Part shown: piece by piece, positions 10,044 to 19,995 of the stretch
Position numbering within the stretch: the first letter of the stretch is position 1
How the letters are laid out: each line of letters begins with the position of its first letter
From: Alphaproteobacteria bacterium
GTDB taxonomy: Bacteria > Pseudomonadota > Alphaproteobacteria > JAJFIK01
NCBI GenBank assembly: GCA_050331455.1
Contig: JBHJGV010000031.1
Location: forward strand, 29,098 to 93,097
Direction of reading: 5' to 3'
DNA length: 64,000 nt
Made by a program: the position numbers and the translations under genes
The notes under the pieces: model-generated
The model's database searches: none
What the model saw: the letters and a program-made list of their open reading frames with translations, nothing else
What the model was told of the DNA's origin: nothing

Positions 10044-12107
10044 TTACTCGGTATCGCGGAAGAATGCATAGATGCGCTCGGCGAGGGCCTTGTTGATCCC
10101 GTCCACGGCCTCAAGATCGGCAAGACCGGCCCGGGACACGCCCTTGGCCGAGCCGAACCGGTGCAGCAACGCCTTTTTGCGCCGCGCGCCGACGCCGGGA
10201 ATTTCATCCAAAGGATTCTTGGCGATGTCCTTGGTCCGACGGGCCCGGTGGGTGCCAATGGCGAATCGGTGCGCCTCGTCCCGCAGGCGCTGCAGATAGT
10301 AAAGGACCGGCGATTTCGGCTCGAGGCTGAAGGGCGCCTGGCTGGGCATGAAGAAACGCTCCCGGCCCGCATTGCGCTCCGGCCCCTTCGCAATGGCCAC
10401 GAGCGGCACCTCGGTTTCAAGACCGAGATCGGCGAGGACGTCGAGGGCGGAGCTGAGCTGTCCCGGACCGCCGTCGATGACCACCAGATCAGGCCAGGGA
10501 ACGGCCTCGCCCGTCTCCGCCTCCGGATCATCGCCGGCGCTTGTCCCATCCCGGGGCGATTCCTTCAGCAGGCGTTCGAACCGACGGCGCAACACCTGGC
10601 GCATCATGCCGTAATCGTCGCCGGGCGTCAGGCTGTCCATCTTGATGTTGAATTTGCGGTATTGGGATTTCATGAGGCCCTCGGGACCGGCAACGATCAT
10701 CCCGCCGACGGCATTCGTGCCCTGAATATGACTGTTGTCATAGACCTCGATGCGCCGGGGGGGGCCGTCGAGGCCGAAGGCGTCCGCAACCCCGTTGAGC
10801 AGCTTCTGCTGGGAGGCGCTCTCGGCAAGACGGCGGGCCAGGGCCTCGCGCGCATTGGTCACGGCATGTTCCACAAGGGCTCTCTTTTCCGCCCGCCGCG
10901 GTGTGGTGACCTGCACCTTGTGCCCGGCCTTGATGGTGAGGGCCGCTTGCAAAAGATCTGCACCGGGAATGGTCTCGGAAAGCAGGACCTGGCGCGGCGG
11001 CGGCTTGTCGTCATAGAACTGGGACAGGAAGGCTTCCAGAATCTCCTCTGATGTCTGATCCTTGTCGTGGCGCGGGTAATAGGCCCGGTTGCCCCAGTTC
11101 TGGCCCGACCGGATAAAGAACACCTGAATACAGACCTGGCCGCCGTCCTTGCCGCCTTCCCGGTGGGCGCCAACGACATCGGCCTCCTCCACCGTGTCCG
11201 GATTGATACCCTGATGGGCCCGGATGGCCGAAAGGGCGCGGATGCGGTCGCGCAAGGCAGCGGCACGTTCGAACGCCAAAGCCTCGGACGCCTGCTCCAT
11301 GGCGGATGCCAGCGCGTCCTGGACCTGGGAGGACTGCCCCTTCAGGAAGCGCACCGCATCGTCCACCAGGGCGTCATACCCCGCTTCCGAAATCTCGCCC
11401 GTGCAGGGCGCACTACACCGCTTGATCTGATGGAGCAGACACGGGCGCGTGCGGCTTTCATAGACACTGTCCGTACACGAGCGAAGCAGAAAGGCCCGTT
11501 GCAAGGTGTTAAGCGTATGGTTCACCGCCCCGGCCGAGGCGAAGGGTCCAAAATAATCGCCCCGGACGGTGCGCGCGCCCCGGTGTTTGGTCAGCCGGGG
11601 GACGGCATGCTCCCGGTCGATCAGGATATAGGGGAACGACTTGTCGTCCCTCAGGATGACATTGAACCGGGGCTTCAGCCGCTTGATGAGATTGGCCTCC
11701 AGCAGCAGGGCCTCGGTCTCCGTATGGGTGGTGATGATTTCCATGGACGCGGTCGACAGGATCATCCGTGCGATCCGGTTCGTGTGGCCGGTCAGGTTGG
11801 TGTAGGACGTCACCCGTTTTTTCAGCTCCCGTGCCTTGCCCACATAAAGGACATTGCCCTCCCCATCCAGCATGCGGTAAACGCCCGGCGCATTGGGCAG
11901 GGTGCGGACAACCTGGCGGATGACCTCGGTGCCCGTCGGGGCCGAGGGCCCGGCGTTTTCCTCCCGTCCACCGGCGGCGTCGGGCGCGCAGGCGTGATCC
12001 GCACCGGGCTCAGCTTGCGTATCGTCTTCTGGGTCTTGCGCGGCTGGTGCCTGCTGGCGCGTTTTCACGGCGCGCTCCTTCGCTGCCTGGTTGAAGCGCA
12101 TAAACAT
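10044..12107 (-). CDS. uvrC: Excinuclease ABC subunit C
   Basis: PGVYRM...[33 protein letters not shown]-terminal HhH; start may be slightly downstream. Confidence 0.97.
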   Translation of the reverse strand: MFMRFNQAAKERAVKTRQQAPAAQDPEDDTQAEPGADHACAPDAAGGREENAGPSAPTGTEVIRQVVRTLPNAPGVYRMLDGEGNVLYVGKARELKKRVTSYTNLTGHTNRIARMILSTASMEIITTHTETEALLLEANLIKRLKPRFNVILRDDKSFPYILIDREHAVPRLTKHRGARTVRGDYFGPFASAGAVNHTLNTLQRAFLLRSCTDSVYESRTRPCLLHQIKRCSAPCTGEISEAGYDALVDDAVRFLKGQSSQVQDALASAMEQASEALAFERAAALRDRIRALSAIRAHQGINPDTVEEADVVGAHREGGKDGGQVCIQVFFIRSGQNWGNRAYYPRHDKDQTSEEILEAFLSQFYDDKPPPRQVLLSETIPGADLLQAALTIKAGHKVQVTTPRRAEKRALVEHAVTNAREALARRLAESASQQKLLNGVADAFGLDGPPRRIEVYDNSHIQGTNAVGGMIVAGPEGLMKSQYRKFNIKMDSLTPGDDYGMMRQVLRRRFERLLKESPRDGTSAGDDPEAETGEAVPWPDLVVIDGGPGQLSSALDVLADLGLETEVPLVAIAKGPERNAGRERFFMPSQAPFSLEPKSPVLYYLQRLRDEAHRFAIGTHRARRTKDIAKNPLDEIPGVGARRKKALLHRFGSAKGVSRAGLADLEAVDGINKALAERIYAFFRDTE

Positions 12108-12159
12108 CTGGCAAGGGCTCGGTGCATGGCATGCCGGTCCACGGATCTTCTAACCCTCA

Positions 12160-12206
12160 TTATCCCCCAGTCCTGTGGGCAAGCCTGTGAATATCCATGT
12201 GGATGG
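12160..12206. promoter_or_regulatory. Cluster of DnaA-box-like 9-mers
   Basis: TGTGGGCAA 12174, TGTGAATAT 12186, TGTGGATGG 12198 (12-bp phasing) plus opposed TTATCCCCC 12160. Confidence 0.45.
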
Positions 12207-12495
12207 CGTGCCACGGCCCTTGATTTGACCACTTTCGAGCGTGATGCCCATTTTTTAAGCACCCTATAAGCAATTGTTTCCACGGTGTTTTTTCATCCGC
12301 TTTTGGCCGGCTTTCCAGACTTTGACACCGGTGTGACACCCAATTCCTGTTTGTTGCCTTTTTGCAACAACCGTGGATCTCACCCCCTCCTGCGAACACA
12401 GGTTTCGGGGCAACGCTTGTTTTGCGACACCAGATGTTGAGCCATTACGGCACAGTCATGTCCTGGACAACGGTGCGAATCCATGAACGCGCCGA

Positions 12496-12954
12496 TCATA
12501 GGGTGGCACTGTATTCCGATTGGTGGCGTTCGATGGCAATTCCCACGGCCTCCGCTTCCGGAATGGCATCGAGTTTTTCCAGGGAGACCCGCACGGCCAG
12601 GACCCTTTTATCCTCAAGGCAGGCTCCGGCGATCCGCTCGGCCAAGGTTTCCATCAGGCTCACATGACCGCGATCGACACTGTTTCGGACCAGCGCGACC
12701 ACATCATCGTAGCGTACGAGATCGGCGATGCCGGCATGGCCGGCCGTTCCGGGATCGGGCACGGCGAGATCGACACACACTCGTAACGGCTGGGGCCGTT
12801 CTTTCTCGTGTGAGAAGATGCCGATCAGGGCCGGGATCACGAGATTGCGAACGAAAACATGGCGAATGCCCAGGGCCGGTTTGGCAGGATCCGGCAAAGG
12901 AAGGGACCGGGGGCCGCCGGCAGATTGATCGGTCTCGGGAGGAACAGGGGACAT
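12496..12954 (-). CDS. folB: Dihydroneopterin aldolase
   Basis: HVFVRNLVIPALIGIFSHEKERPQPLRVCVDL, YDDVV, LMETLAERIA, VRVSLEKLDA. Confidence 0.85.
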   Translation of the reverse strand: MSPVPPETDQSAGGPRSLPLPDPAKPALGIRHVFVRNLVIPALIGIFSHEKERPQPLRVCVDLAVPDPGTAGHAGIADLVRYDDVVALVRNSVDRGHVSLMETLAERIAGACLEDKRVLAVRVSLEKLDAIPEAEAVGIAIERHQSEYSATL

Positions 12955-13089
12955 GACAGCCTGGGCCTTTCTGGTCGTCCTGACATGACCGCGGGCGCGG
13001 CACCCCGCTGCGCCGGACATCCGTGATACAGACCGCCTTCAGGCTTCACAAAACCATCGGCCCGGCCCAAGAGACAGAGGAAAAGAGCC

Positions 13090-13857
13090 ATGACGCAAGG
13101 GGATCGGAAAGCCGCCATCGTGACCGGCGGCGCGAAACGAATCGGCGAAGCGGTCTCCCGGGCTCTCGCCGAGGACGGATATTTCGTGTTCGTCCATTAC
13201 AACACGTCCGACCGCGATGCGAAGGCCCTTGTGGAAGAGCTTCAGACGTCGGGGGCCGGCGCCGCCGCCGTCGGCGCGGATCTGTCGAACCCGGACAGCG
13301 CTTCCGGCCTCATTGCCGCTTGCCGGGCCCAGGGGCCGGCTCCGCGGGTCCTTGTCAACAGTGCCTCCGTCTTCGAGGCCGATCACGCCCCAACGGTCAC
13401 GCTGGAGAGCTGGCAGAAACACCTGATGGTCAATCTGACCGCGCCCATGCTGATGATGCGTGATTTCGCCGCCCAGATCCCTGAGGAAGAACGGGGCATC
13501 GTGATCAACTTCCTCGACTACAAGCTTTTCAATCTCAATCCGGACTTCTTCTCCTACACCATCAGCAAATACGCCCTGAAGGGTGTAACGGAAATGATGG
13601 CCATGGCGCTGGCGCCGAAGGTGCGGGTCTGCGGCCTTGCACCCGGCCTGACGCTGGCGAGCCCGTACCAAAGCGAGGAGACCTTCCGCCGCCTGCACAA
13701 CCGAAATCCCCTCCAGAAAGGGCCCACGGTGGAGGATCACATCCGCGCCATTCGCTTCATGATCGCAACGCCGAGCTATTCGGGGCAGATGATGGCCGTG
13801 GACGGGGGGCAGCACTTTGATGCGCTGGCCAAGGACGTCAGTTATCTCGACGGATGA
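13090..13857 (+). CDS. SDR oxidoreductase, pteridine-reductase/FolM-like
   Basis: VTGGAKRIG, VHYNTS, LVNSASVF, YTISK catalytic motif, VDGGQH; adjacent to folB. Confidence 0.8.
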   Translation: MTQGDRKAAIVTGGAKRIGEAVSRALAEDGYFVFVHYNTSDRDAKALVEELQTSGAGAAAVGADLSNPDSASGLIAACRAQGPAPRVLVNSASVFEADHAPTVTLESWQKHLMVNLTAPMLMMRDFAAQIPEEERGIVINFLDYKLFNLNPDFFSYTISKYALKGVTEMMAMALAPKVRVCGLAPGLTLASPYQSEETFRRLHNRNPLQKGPTVEDHIRAIRFMIATPSYSGQMMAVDGGQHFDALAKDVSYLDG

Positions 13858-13876
13858 TCGGGGGGAAGCCGGCGGT

Positions 13877-14287
13877 TCAGGGCCAGATCTGCTCCGTGTC
13901 CAGACGGAAAGTCGCACTTTCGAAACAGGTCGGGCGCGACACGGTCACGGACCGCAGGCGCGGATAATTGTCGAGCAGCCGGCCGGCGATCCACATGGCA
14001 AGGCTCTCCAGCGCCGGCGTCTCCAGGCCCTCGATCTCGTTCAGGAGCCGGTGATCAAGCGTGTCCCGCAACCGGTCAAGATCGCCGGCGAGCGCTCCCA
14101 GATCGACGATCCAGCCGCTGCGCGGATCGGGCTGGCCCTCGACGACGACTTCCACCCGGAAACTGTGTCCGTGGATCCGCGCATTGGGGTGCCCGTCCGG
14201 CCGGTGGTTGAAGTAGTGGGCTGCTTCGAAGGTAAAGGCTTTGCAGACTTCCAGGCTGCCGCGGCCTTGGATGTCGTTGGGGGTCAT
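13877..14287 (-). CDS. 6-pyruvoyl-tetrahydropterin synthase family (COG0720/QueD-like)
   Basis: FTFEAAH, HGHSF, DLG...LDHRLLNEIEGLETP; ATG 14287 overlaps the antiporter stop (ATGA). Confidence 0.85.
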   Translation of the reverse strand: MTPNDIQGRGSLEVCKAFTFEAAHYFNHRPDGHPNARIHGHSFRVEVVVEGQPDPRSGWIVDLGALAGDLDRLRDTLDHRLLNEIEGLETPALESLAMWIAGRLLDNYPRLRSVTVSRPTCFESATFRLDTEQIWP

Positions 14288-15297
14288 GGGGTTAAGCCGT
14301 GATGTCGGAACAGGGCCACGATGAACAGCACATAGGCCCCAAGGAACAAAACGCCGGAAACCCGCCCCATTTTCAGGTGCAGGAAGCTGTACGGCACGAG
14401 GACGAACGTGGCCGCGAGCATAATCCACAGTTCGGTGATCAGGAACCGGCCTTCGACAATCAGAGGCTGCGGGGCAACAAGGGCCGTAACGCCCATGATC
14501 CCCAGGATATTGAACAGGTTGGAGCCGATGACATTGCCCAGCGCCACGGCCGAATGGCGATGGACCGCCGCAATCACCGTGGTGGCCAGTTCCGGCAGGG
14601 ACGTGCCAATGGCGATGATGCTGAGCCCGATGACGGTGGCGGAGATGCCGGCATTCATGGCAAGGCCCACGGCCCCGCTGACGATGAAATTGGAACCGAG
14701 TGGCAGACCGATCATGGCGATGCCGATGAAGAAGATGATGGCGCCGGTGCTTTCGGGAAGGCCGGACATTTCCTCCAGCTCTTCGGTCAGATCCGCCACG
14801 AGCCCTTCGCCCGGCATGGCGCGGGCCCGGTAAACCGCATAGCCCATGAACGCCATCATCCCGGCGAACAGGATGGCGCCGTCGATCTTGGTCAGGGTGT
14901 GCGCCCCATCCAGACACAGCCAGATGAACAACAAGGTCGCGCCGATCATGATGGTCGTGTTGCGCCGAATCAGGGGCTGTTTGCAGCAGGTCGGATAAAT
15001 GAGCGCCGGCACACCGAGCACCAGAAACACATTGGCGATATTGCTGCCCACGATATTGCCAATCGCGAGCCCGCCCGCCTCCCCGCCGATCAGGACCGCG
15101 TTGACGCCGATGACGAGTTCGGGCGCCGAGGTCCCGAAAGCCACGATCGTCAGACCAATGAGCATTGGAGGGATGCGCACGCGCTGGGCCAGCGCGACGG
15201 ATCCGCGAACCAGAAGGTCGCCGCTCAACAGCAGAATGGCAAGGCCGAGGCCGATCCAGAACAAGTGGAGCAACATCGGTGTCAGGGTGGGTGTCAC
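14284..15297 (-). CDS. Calcium/sodium antiporter (YrbG/CaCA family)
   Basis: Two alpha repeats, VAFGTSAPEL...GNIVGSNIAN and AIGTSLPEL...GNVIGSNLFN. Confidence 0.93.
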   Translation of the reverse strand: MTPTLTPMLLHLFWIGLGLAILLLSGDLLVRGSVALAQRVRIPPMLIGLTIVAFGTSAPELVIGVNAVLIGGEAGGLAIGNIVGSNIANVFLVLGVPALIYPTCCKQPLIRRNTTIMIGATLLFIWLCLDGAHTLTKIDGAILFAGMMAFMGYAVYRARAMPGEGLVADLTEELEEMSGLPESTGAIIFFIGIAMIGLPLGSNFIVSGAVGLAMNAGISATVIGLSIIAIGTSLPELATTVIAAVHRHSAVALGNVIGSNLFNILGIMGVTALVAPQPLIVEGRFLITELWIMLAATFVLVPYSFLHLKMGRVSGVLFLGAYVLFIVALFRHHGLTP

Positions 15298-15528
15298 ATG
15301 GCGCCTCCCGACGCTGGTTGATGCTCTCGACCGGCCTTTGTGGGATACCGGAAAAGACAGGAAACCGGGCCGAATCCGGTCTTGGCTAAAATCCCTAATT
15401 TAAACGAGACATCGCGGCGGTACAGTGGCTTGTGGGCGGCGCAGCAGCGCGGCATGGACGCGCCCCGGCGTGTTGGCCCGCGATGGCTGGGATGCACACT
15501 CTGAGGCAGGTCAGGAAAGGGGCACAGC

Positions 15529-17307
15529 ATGGATGCGGGCCATGGCGTGACAGGGATTCCGGGATGGACCGATGTGGCCCTGGTGCTGGGCCTGTCGGCC
15601 TCCATCAGTCCGCTGTTCCAGCGCCTCAAGATCAGTCCGGTCTTCGGCTTCCTGGCCGCGGGCTCCATTGTGGGCCCCTATGGCCTTGGCGCCACCACCA
15701 ATGTGGACGGGGTCCATGTGCTGGCGGAGCTCGGCGTCGTTTTTCTATTGTTCACCATTGGTCTTGAACTGTCCTTTGAACGCCTGCGCGCCATGCGCCG
15801 GCTGGTTTTCGGGCTGGGGACCACCCAGGTGGTGGCCAGCGCCGTGGTGATCGGCCTCACGGCGTTTGCCTGGGGCAATTCGGCCAAGGCGTCCATGGTT
15901 ATCGGCCTCAGCCTCGCCCTTTCCTCCACCGCCATCGTCGTTCAATTGCTCATCGAGCGGGGCGAGATGGCCCAGCGCCATGGCCGCACCAGCTTCGCCA
16001 TTCTCTTGTTCCAAGATCTCGCCGTGGTGCCGATCCTGATGCTGGTGTCGGTCCTTGCCCAGGACAACACCCAGGCCCTGGCGGGCGAGCTTGTTCTCGC
16101 TGTTGTGAAGGCCGTTGCCGCGGTGGTGATCATCATCCTGATCGGGCGTCTCATCCTGCGACGGCTCTATCGCCTGGTGGCCGAGGCCAACAATCGCGAG
16201 GCCCTCCTGGCCATGAGCCTGCTCGTCGTTCTCGCCACGGCCTGGGCCACCGCCCAGGCGGGCCTGTCCATGGCGCTGGGGGCCTTCCTGGCGGGTCTCC
16301 TGCTCGCGGAGACCGAGTACCGGCATCAGGTGGAAGGCGATATCGAGCCATTCAAGGGGCTCCTGCTGGGCCTGTTCTTCATCAGTGTGGGCATGAATCT
16401 GAATTTCGCCCAGGTCGCCGACTGGGCCTTCTGGCTGGCCCTGTCGGTGGTGGGGATCGTCGTCCTGAAGGCCGGTGTGGCCTTTGTGGCCTGCCGTCTC
16501 TTCGCCGTGCCCCTCGATGTCTCGATCCGATCGGCCCTGATGCTGGCCACGGGCGGGGAGTTCGCGTTCGTGATCCTGGGCGTCGCGATGACGCCGGGCA
16601 GCGTGGTGCCGCCCGATGTTGGTCAGTTCATGATCATTGTGGCGACCCTGTCCATGGTGCTGACCCCTTTCTTGGCTGCCCTGGGGACCCGGCTCGCCCC
16701 CCAGTTCGCGCCGCCGGCCAAGGGTCCTGCCGCCATGGACACCCAGATGGAGGGGCTCGACGGCCATGTCATCATCGCCGGGTTCGGCCGGGTGGGTCAG
16801 ACGGCCGCACGCTTGCTCAACCGCGAAAAGCAGCCTTATCTGGCGCTGGACATGAACGCCGCGCGGGTTGGCGAGTTCCGGCGGACCGGCGTGCCGGCCT
16901 TTTACGGCGATGCCACCCGCCGCGAGGTCCTGGCGCGGGTCCATCCGGAGCGGGCCTCGGCGGTCCTGCTGACCCTCGATGATCCGGATGCGGCCGGCCG
17001 GGCGGTGAGGGCCATCCGCACCGAGTGGGCCGATGTGCCGATCATCGCCCGGGCTAGCGACAATGAGCATGCGGAGGAGTTGCGCCAGCTCGGCGCCGAT
17101 GCGGTCATACCCGAGACCCTGGAAGCCAGCCTCCAACTCACCGGCGCCCTGTTGCGCCTGACCGGGATGACCCGCGAAGCCGTCGACGCCCTGCTGGAGC
17201 GCATTCGCAGCGAGGCCTATGCGCCCATAACCGATCCCCGGCCCCTATCGGCCGTGGCCGGACCATCGGGCACCACGGCCCGGCAGGAAAGCGACAATTC
17301 GAGTTAG
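15529..17307 (+). CDS. CPA2 cation:proton antiporter with TrkA-N domain (KefB/KefC-like)
   Basis: ELGVVFLLFTIGLELS, LSSTAIV, LLFQDLA, GGEFAFV, cytoplasmic IIAGFGRVG and YGDA. Confidence 0.93.
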   Translation: MDAGHGVTGIPGWTDVALVLGLSASISPLFQRLKISPVFGFLAAGSIVGPYGLGATTNVDGVHVLAELGVVFLLFTIGLELSFERLRAMRRLVFGLGTTQVVASAVVIGLTAFAWGNSAKASMVIGLSLALSSTAIVVQLLIERGEMAQRHGRTSFAILLFQDLAVVPILMLVSVLAQDNTQALAGELVLAVVKAVAAVVIIILIGRLILRRLYRLVAEANNREALLAMSLLVVLATAWATAQAGLSMALGAFLAGLLLAETEYRHQVEGDIEPFKGLLLGLFFISVGMNLNFAQVADWAFWLALSVVGIVVLKAGVAFVACRLFAVPLDVSIRSALMLATGGEFAFVILGVAMTPGSVVPPDVGQFMIIVATLSMVLTPFLAALGTRLAPQFAPPAKGPAAMDTQMEGLDGHVIIAGFGRVGQTAARLLNREKQPYLALDMNAARVGEFRRTGVPAFYGDATRREVLARVHPERASAVLLTLDDPDAAGRAVRAIRTEWADVPIIARASDNEHAEELRQLGADAVIPETLEASLQLTGALLRLTGMTREAVDALLERIRSEAYAPITDPRPLSAVAGPSGTTARQESDNSS

Positions 17308-17398
17308 TCTCGCCCGGTCCTCTTTGCACCACGAAAATCTGCGAGCGCTAGGCTTGTCAATGCGACCGATGGGATGGCGCGGGTGAGGAGATCGGCAC

Positions 17399-17899
17399 AT
17401 GGCATTGAAAGCAGCCGAGCGCGGCGAAGCCCGCCTCGAGGACATTCTGGGCGTGCGCATGGCGGAGCGCCGCCTTGTGGGCCGGGTCATGGCCTATTGG
17501 CACGACCGGTGCGACGGCGGGGTCATGCCCCGCTTCGAGGCCATCGACGGTGCAGCCATGGGCTCCGACTGGGACCACTGCTTCCTGATCGATGTCCGCC
17601 CGCAATTTGCCGCCCCGGCGACGGTCCATCTGGGCGCAGCCCTGCAACGGCTGAGCGGCGTCCTGATCAGCAGGCGGATGCGGGTCGTGATCGATGTCTT
17701 GACCCTGGTGCAGGTGAAGATCGACGAGGTCTGCCGCATCGCCGGGCCTGTTCTGGTGGAGGCGGAGTTTCCGGTCTCGGATCATGAACGGCTGTTGACG
17801 CGCGGGGTGTTCCTGCCCATCGGCGAGGACGACGACGAGATCGCATTCATTCTGGGGGCCGCCAATGGCAAATTGGCGCCGTCCGTGCCCGGGATGTGA
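17399..17899 (+). CDS. Stand-alone PAS-fold protein (PAS_5-like)
   Basis: LVGRVMAYWHDRCDGGVMPRFEAID...CFLIDV...LLTRGVFLPIG pattern. Confidence 0.65.
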   Translation: MALKAAERGEARLEDILGVRMAERRLVGRVMAYWHDRCDGGVMPRFEAIDGAAMGSDWDHCFLIDVRPQFAAPATVHLGAALQRLSGVLISRRMRVVIDVLTLVQVKIDEVCRIAGPVLVEAEFPVSDHERLLTRGVFLPIGEDDDEIAFILGAANGKLAPSVPGM

Positions 17900-17924
17900 C
17901 AGCGCCTCGCGCCCGCCGATGGCC

Positions 17925-18392
17925 CTATGGCGTGATGCACCAGGCCTCCCGCCGGCCCTTGTAAGGGCGTGAATGCCCTGATCGTCCCGCGGCGTCCAGC
18001 ATGCGGGCCGTCAAATCCTGGCTGCCCGGCTGGAGGATCACCCGGGCATTCACCCGGCCCCCATATTTGTCTGCCTCAATATCGCTCAAGAGAATGGTGG
18101 CCGCACCCGTTAGGATACGGCTCAAATCCCTCTTGGCGCGCAGCGCCAGCATGCGTTCCCGGTCGCACCGCCCCCTCAGTTCGGCACTGTCGTAGCCACG
18201 GGGGCGAACCGTCACCGTGGTCTCCTGATCGATCCAGGTCCGGGCCTTGACGATGAAGCTGTCGCCGTCGATGACCCGCACGAGTGCCGCGGGGATCGGA
18301 CCAGGCAGGCGGTCGCGGGCCCCTGCCCCATCGGCACCGAACACTCCGAGGCCCACAATCACAATCATGTATAGTCGCGGATGCACTCTCAT
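17925..18392 (-). CDS. Thermonuclease (SNase) family secreted protein
   Basis: Signal-like N-terminus, VRVIDGDSF, RGYDSAELRG, DKYGGR; start uncertain (18392/18401/18368). Confidence 0.8.
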   Translation of the reverse strand: MRVHPRLYMIVIVGLGVFGADGAGARDRLPGPIPAALVRVIDGDSFIVKARTWIDQETTVTVRPRGYDSAELRGRCDRERMLALRAKRDLSRILTGAATILLSDIEADKYGGRVNARVILQPGSQDLTARMLDAAGRSGHSRPYKGRREAWCITP

Positions 18393-18536
18393 ATCGCGCA
18401 CTTAAGTGCGTGCAAGAAGAGAAACAACCAATCTGAGGGTGTATTTGTCATCGACCCGGATTTTTCGCCGCCGCCATCGGTTAAAGGTTGGATCCCGCCG
18501 GAACCCTGGAGGCCACCACAATGAAAGGCGCGATGC

Positions 18537-19973
18537 ATGGCTGATGTCTTAAGAACCGCTTGCTTTATTGAGGGACGCTGGGTCGATGGGGCCGAGACCA
18601 TCGCCGTCACGGACCCGGCGACGGGGGAGACCCTTGGGAGCGTGCCCGATTTGGGCCGCGGCGGCGCCGATACCGCCATTGACGCGGCCGCCCGGGCCCT
18701 GCCCGGCTGGCGCAGCCTGGGCGCGGACGCCCGGGCCGACCAGCTGCTCGCCATCCACGCCGCCATGATGCGGCACCGGGAGACTTTGGCCCGCCTGCTC
18801 ACCCGGGAAATGGGCAAACCATTGGCCGAAGCCGAGGGCGAGGTCGCCTATGCGGCCGGGTTCTTCCGATGGTTCGGGGAGGAGGCGCGTCGAGTCTACG
18901 GCGAGGTCATTCCCAGTCCGTGGCCGGACAAACGGATCCTGGTGACCCGGGAGCCCGTGGGGGTGGTGGGCGCCATCACGCCCTGGAATTTTCCCACCGC
19001 CATGATCGCCCGCAAGGCGGCCGCCGCCCTCGCCGCCGGTTGCCCCATCGTGATCAAACCGTCCGAACTCACGCCCTTTTCGGCGTTGGCCTATGGCATG
19101 ATCGCCGAAGAGATCGGTCTGCCGCCCGGTGTGCTGAACATCGTGACCGGTGCACCCGAGCCCATTGCCGAGGCGTTCTGCCAGCGCCCGGAGGTGCGCA
19201 AGATCAGTTTCACCGGATCGACCCGGGTGGGACGGATGCTCGCGTCGAACGCCATGGCGACCATGACCCGGGTGTCCATGGAACTCGGGGGCAATGCGCC
19301 CTTCATCGTCTTCGGGGACGCCGATCTCGATGCGGCTGTGGCCGGTGCCATGGCATCCAAATTCCGGGCGTCGGGCCAGACCTGCGTCTGTGCCAATCGC
19401 TTTTTGGTGGAATCCTCCGTCTACGATGCCTTTTGTTCCCGGCTGACCGAGGCCGTCTCCGCCTTGCGCGTGGGCCCCGGTCTTGAGGAAGGCGTGACCA
19501 TCGGCCCCCTGATCAGCGAGGCGGGCGTCGAAAAGGTCCTTGCCCATATCGAGGATGCCCTGGCCCAGGGCGGCGCGCTGCTCGCGGGCGGCGGGCGCCA
19601 CGCACGGGGCGGCCCTTTTGTCGAGCCCACGGTGATCCGCGATGCCGTGCCCGCTATGCGCTGCGCCCGGGAGGAGACCTTCGGCCCCCTTGCGCCGGTG
19701 TTCCGGTTCGAGGACGAGGCCCATGCCATCGCCCTGGCCAACGATACCGAGGCGGGTCTTGCGTCCTATGTTTACACCTCCGATCTAGGCCGGGCCTGGC
19801 GCATGATGGAGGCCCTGGACTGCGGCATTGTCGGCATCAATGAGGGGCTCATTTCAACACCGGTGGCGCCTTTCGGCGGCGTCAAACAGTCCGGAGTCGG
19901 ACGGGAAGGCGCCCGTCAGGGCCTCGAAGACTATCTCGACACGAAATATGCCCTTCTCGGAGGCCTCCACTAA
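18537..19973 (+). CDS. gabD: NAD(P)-dependent succinate-semialdehyde dehydrogenase
   Basis: ITPWNFP, SFTGST, MELGGNAP, GQTCVCAN, EETFGP, PFGGVKQSG. Confidence 0.9.
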   Translation: MADVLRTACFIEGRWVDGAETIAVTDPATGETLGSVPDLGRGGADTAIDAAARALPGWRSLGADARADQLLAIHAAMMRHRETLARLLTREMGKPLAEAEGEVAYAAGFFRWFGEEARRVYGEVIPSPWPDKRILVTREPVGVVGAITPWNFPTAMIARKAAAALAAGCPIVIKPSELTPFSALAYGMIAEEIGLPPGVLNIVTGAPEPIAEAFCQRPEVRKISFTGSTRVGRMLASNAMATMTRVSMELGGNAPFIVFGDADLDAAVAGAMASKFRASGQTCVCANRFLVESSVYDAFCSRLTEAVSALRVGPGLEEGVTIGPLISEAGVEKVLAHIEDALAQGGALLAGGGRHARGGPFVEPTVIRDAVPAMRCAREETFGPLAPVFRFEDEAHAIALANDTEAGLASYVYTSDLGRAWRMMEALDCGIVGINEGLISTPVAPFGGVKQSGVGREGARQGLEDYLDTKYALLGGLH

Positions 19974-19995
19974 GAGGCGGCAGGCCCGCCATCCG

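Noticed and set aside
12110-12490. Replication origin or cold-shock gene upstream of uvrC
   Set aside because: No Csp ORF on translation. Boxes are only 7-8/9 matches and no hemE, dnaA or parAB context is present, so it is kept only as a DnaA-box cluster.
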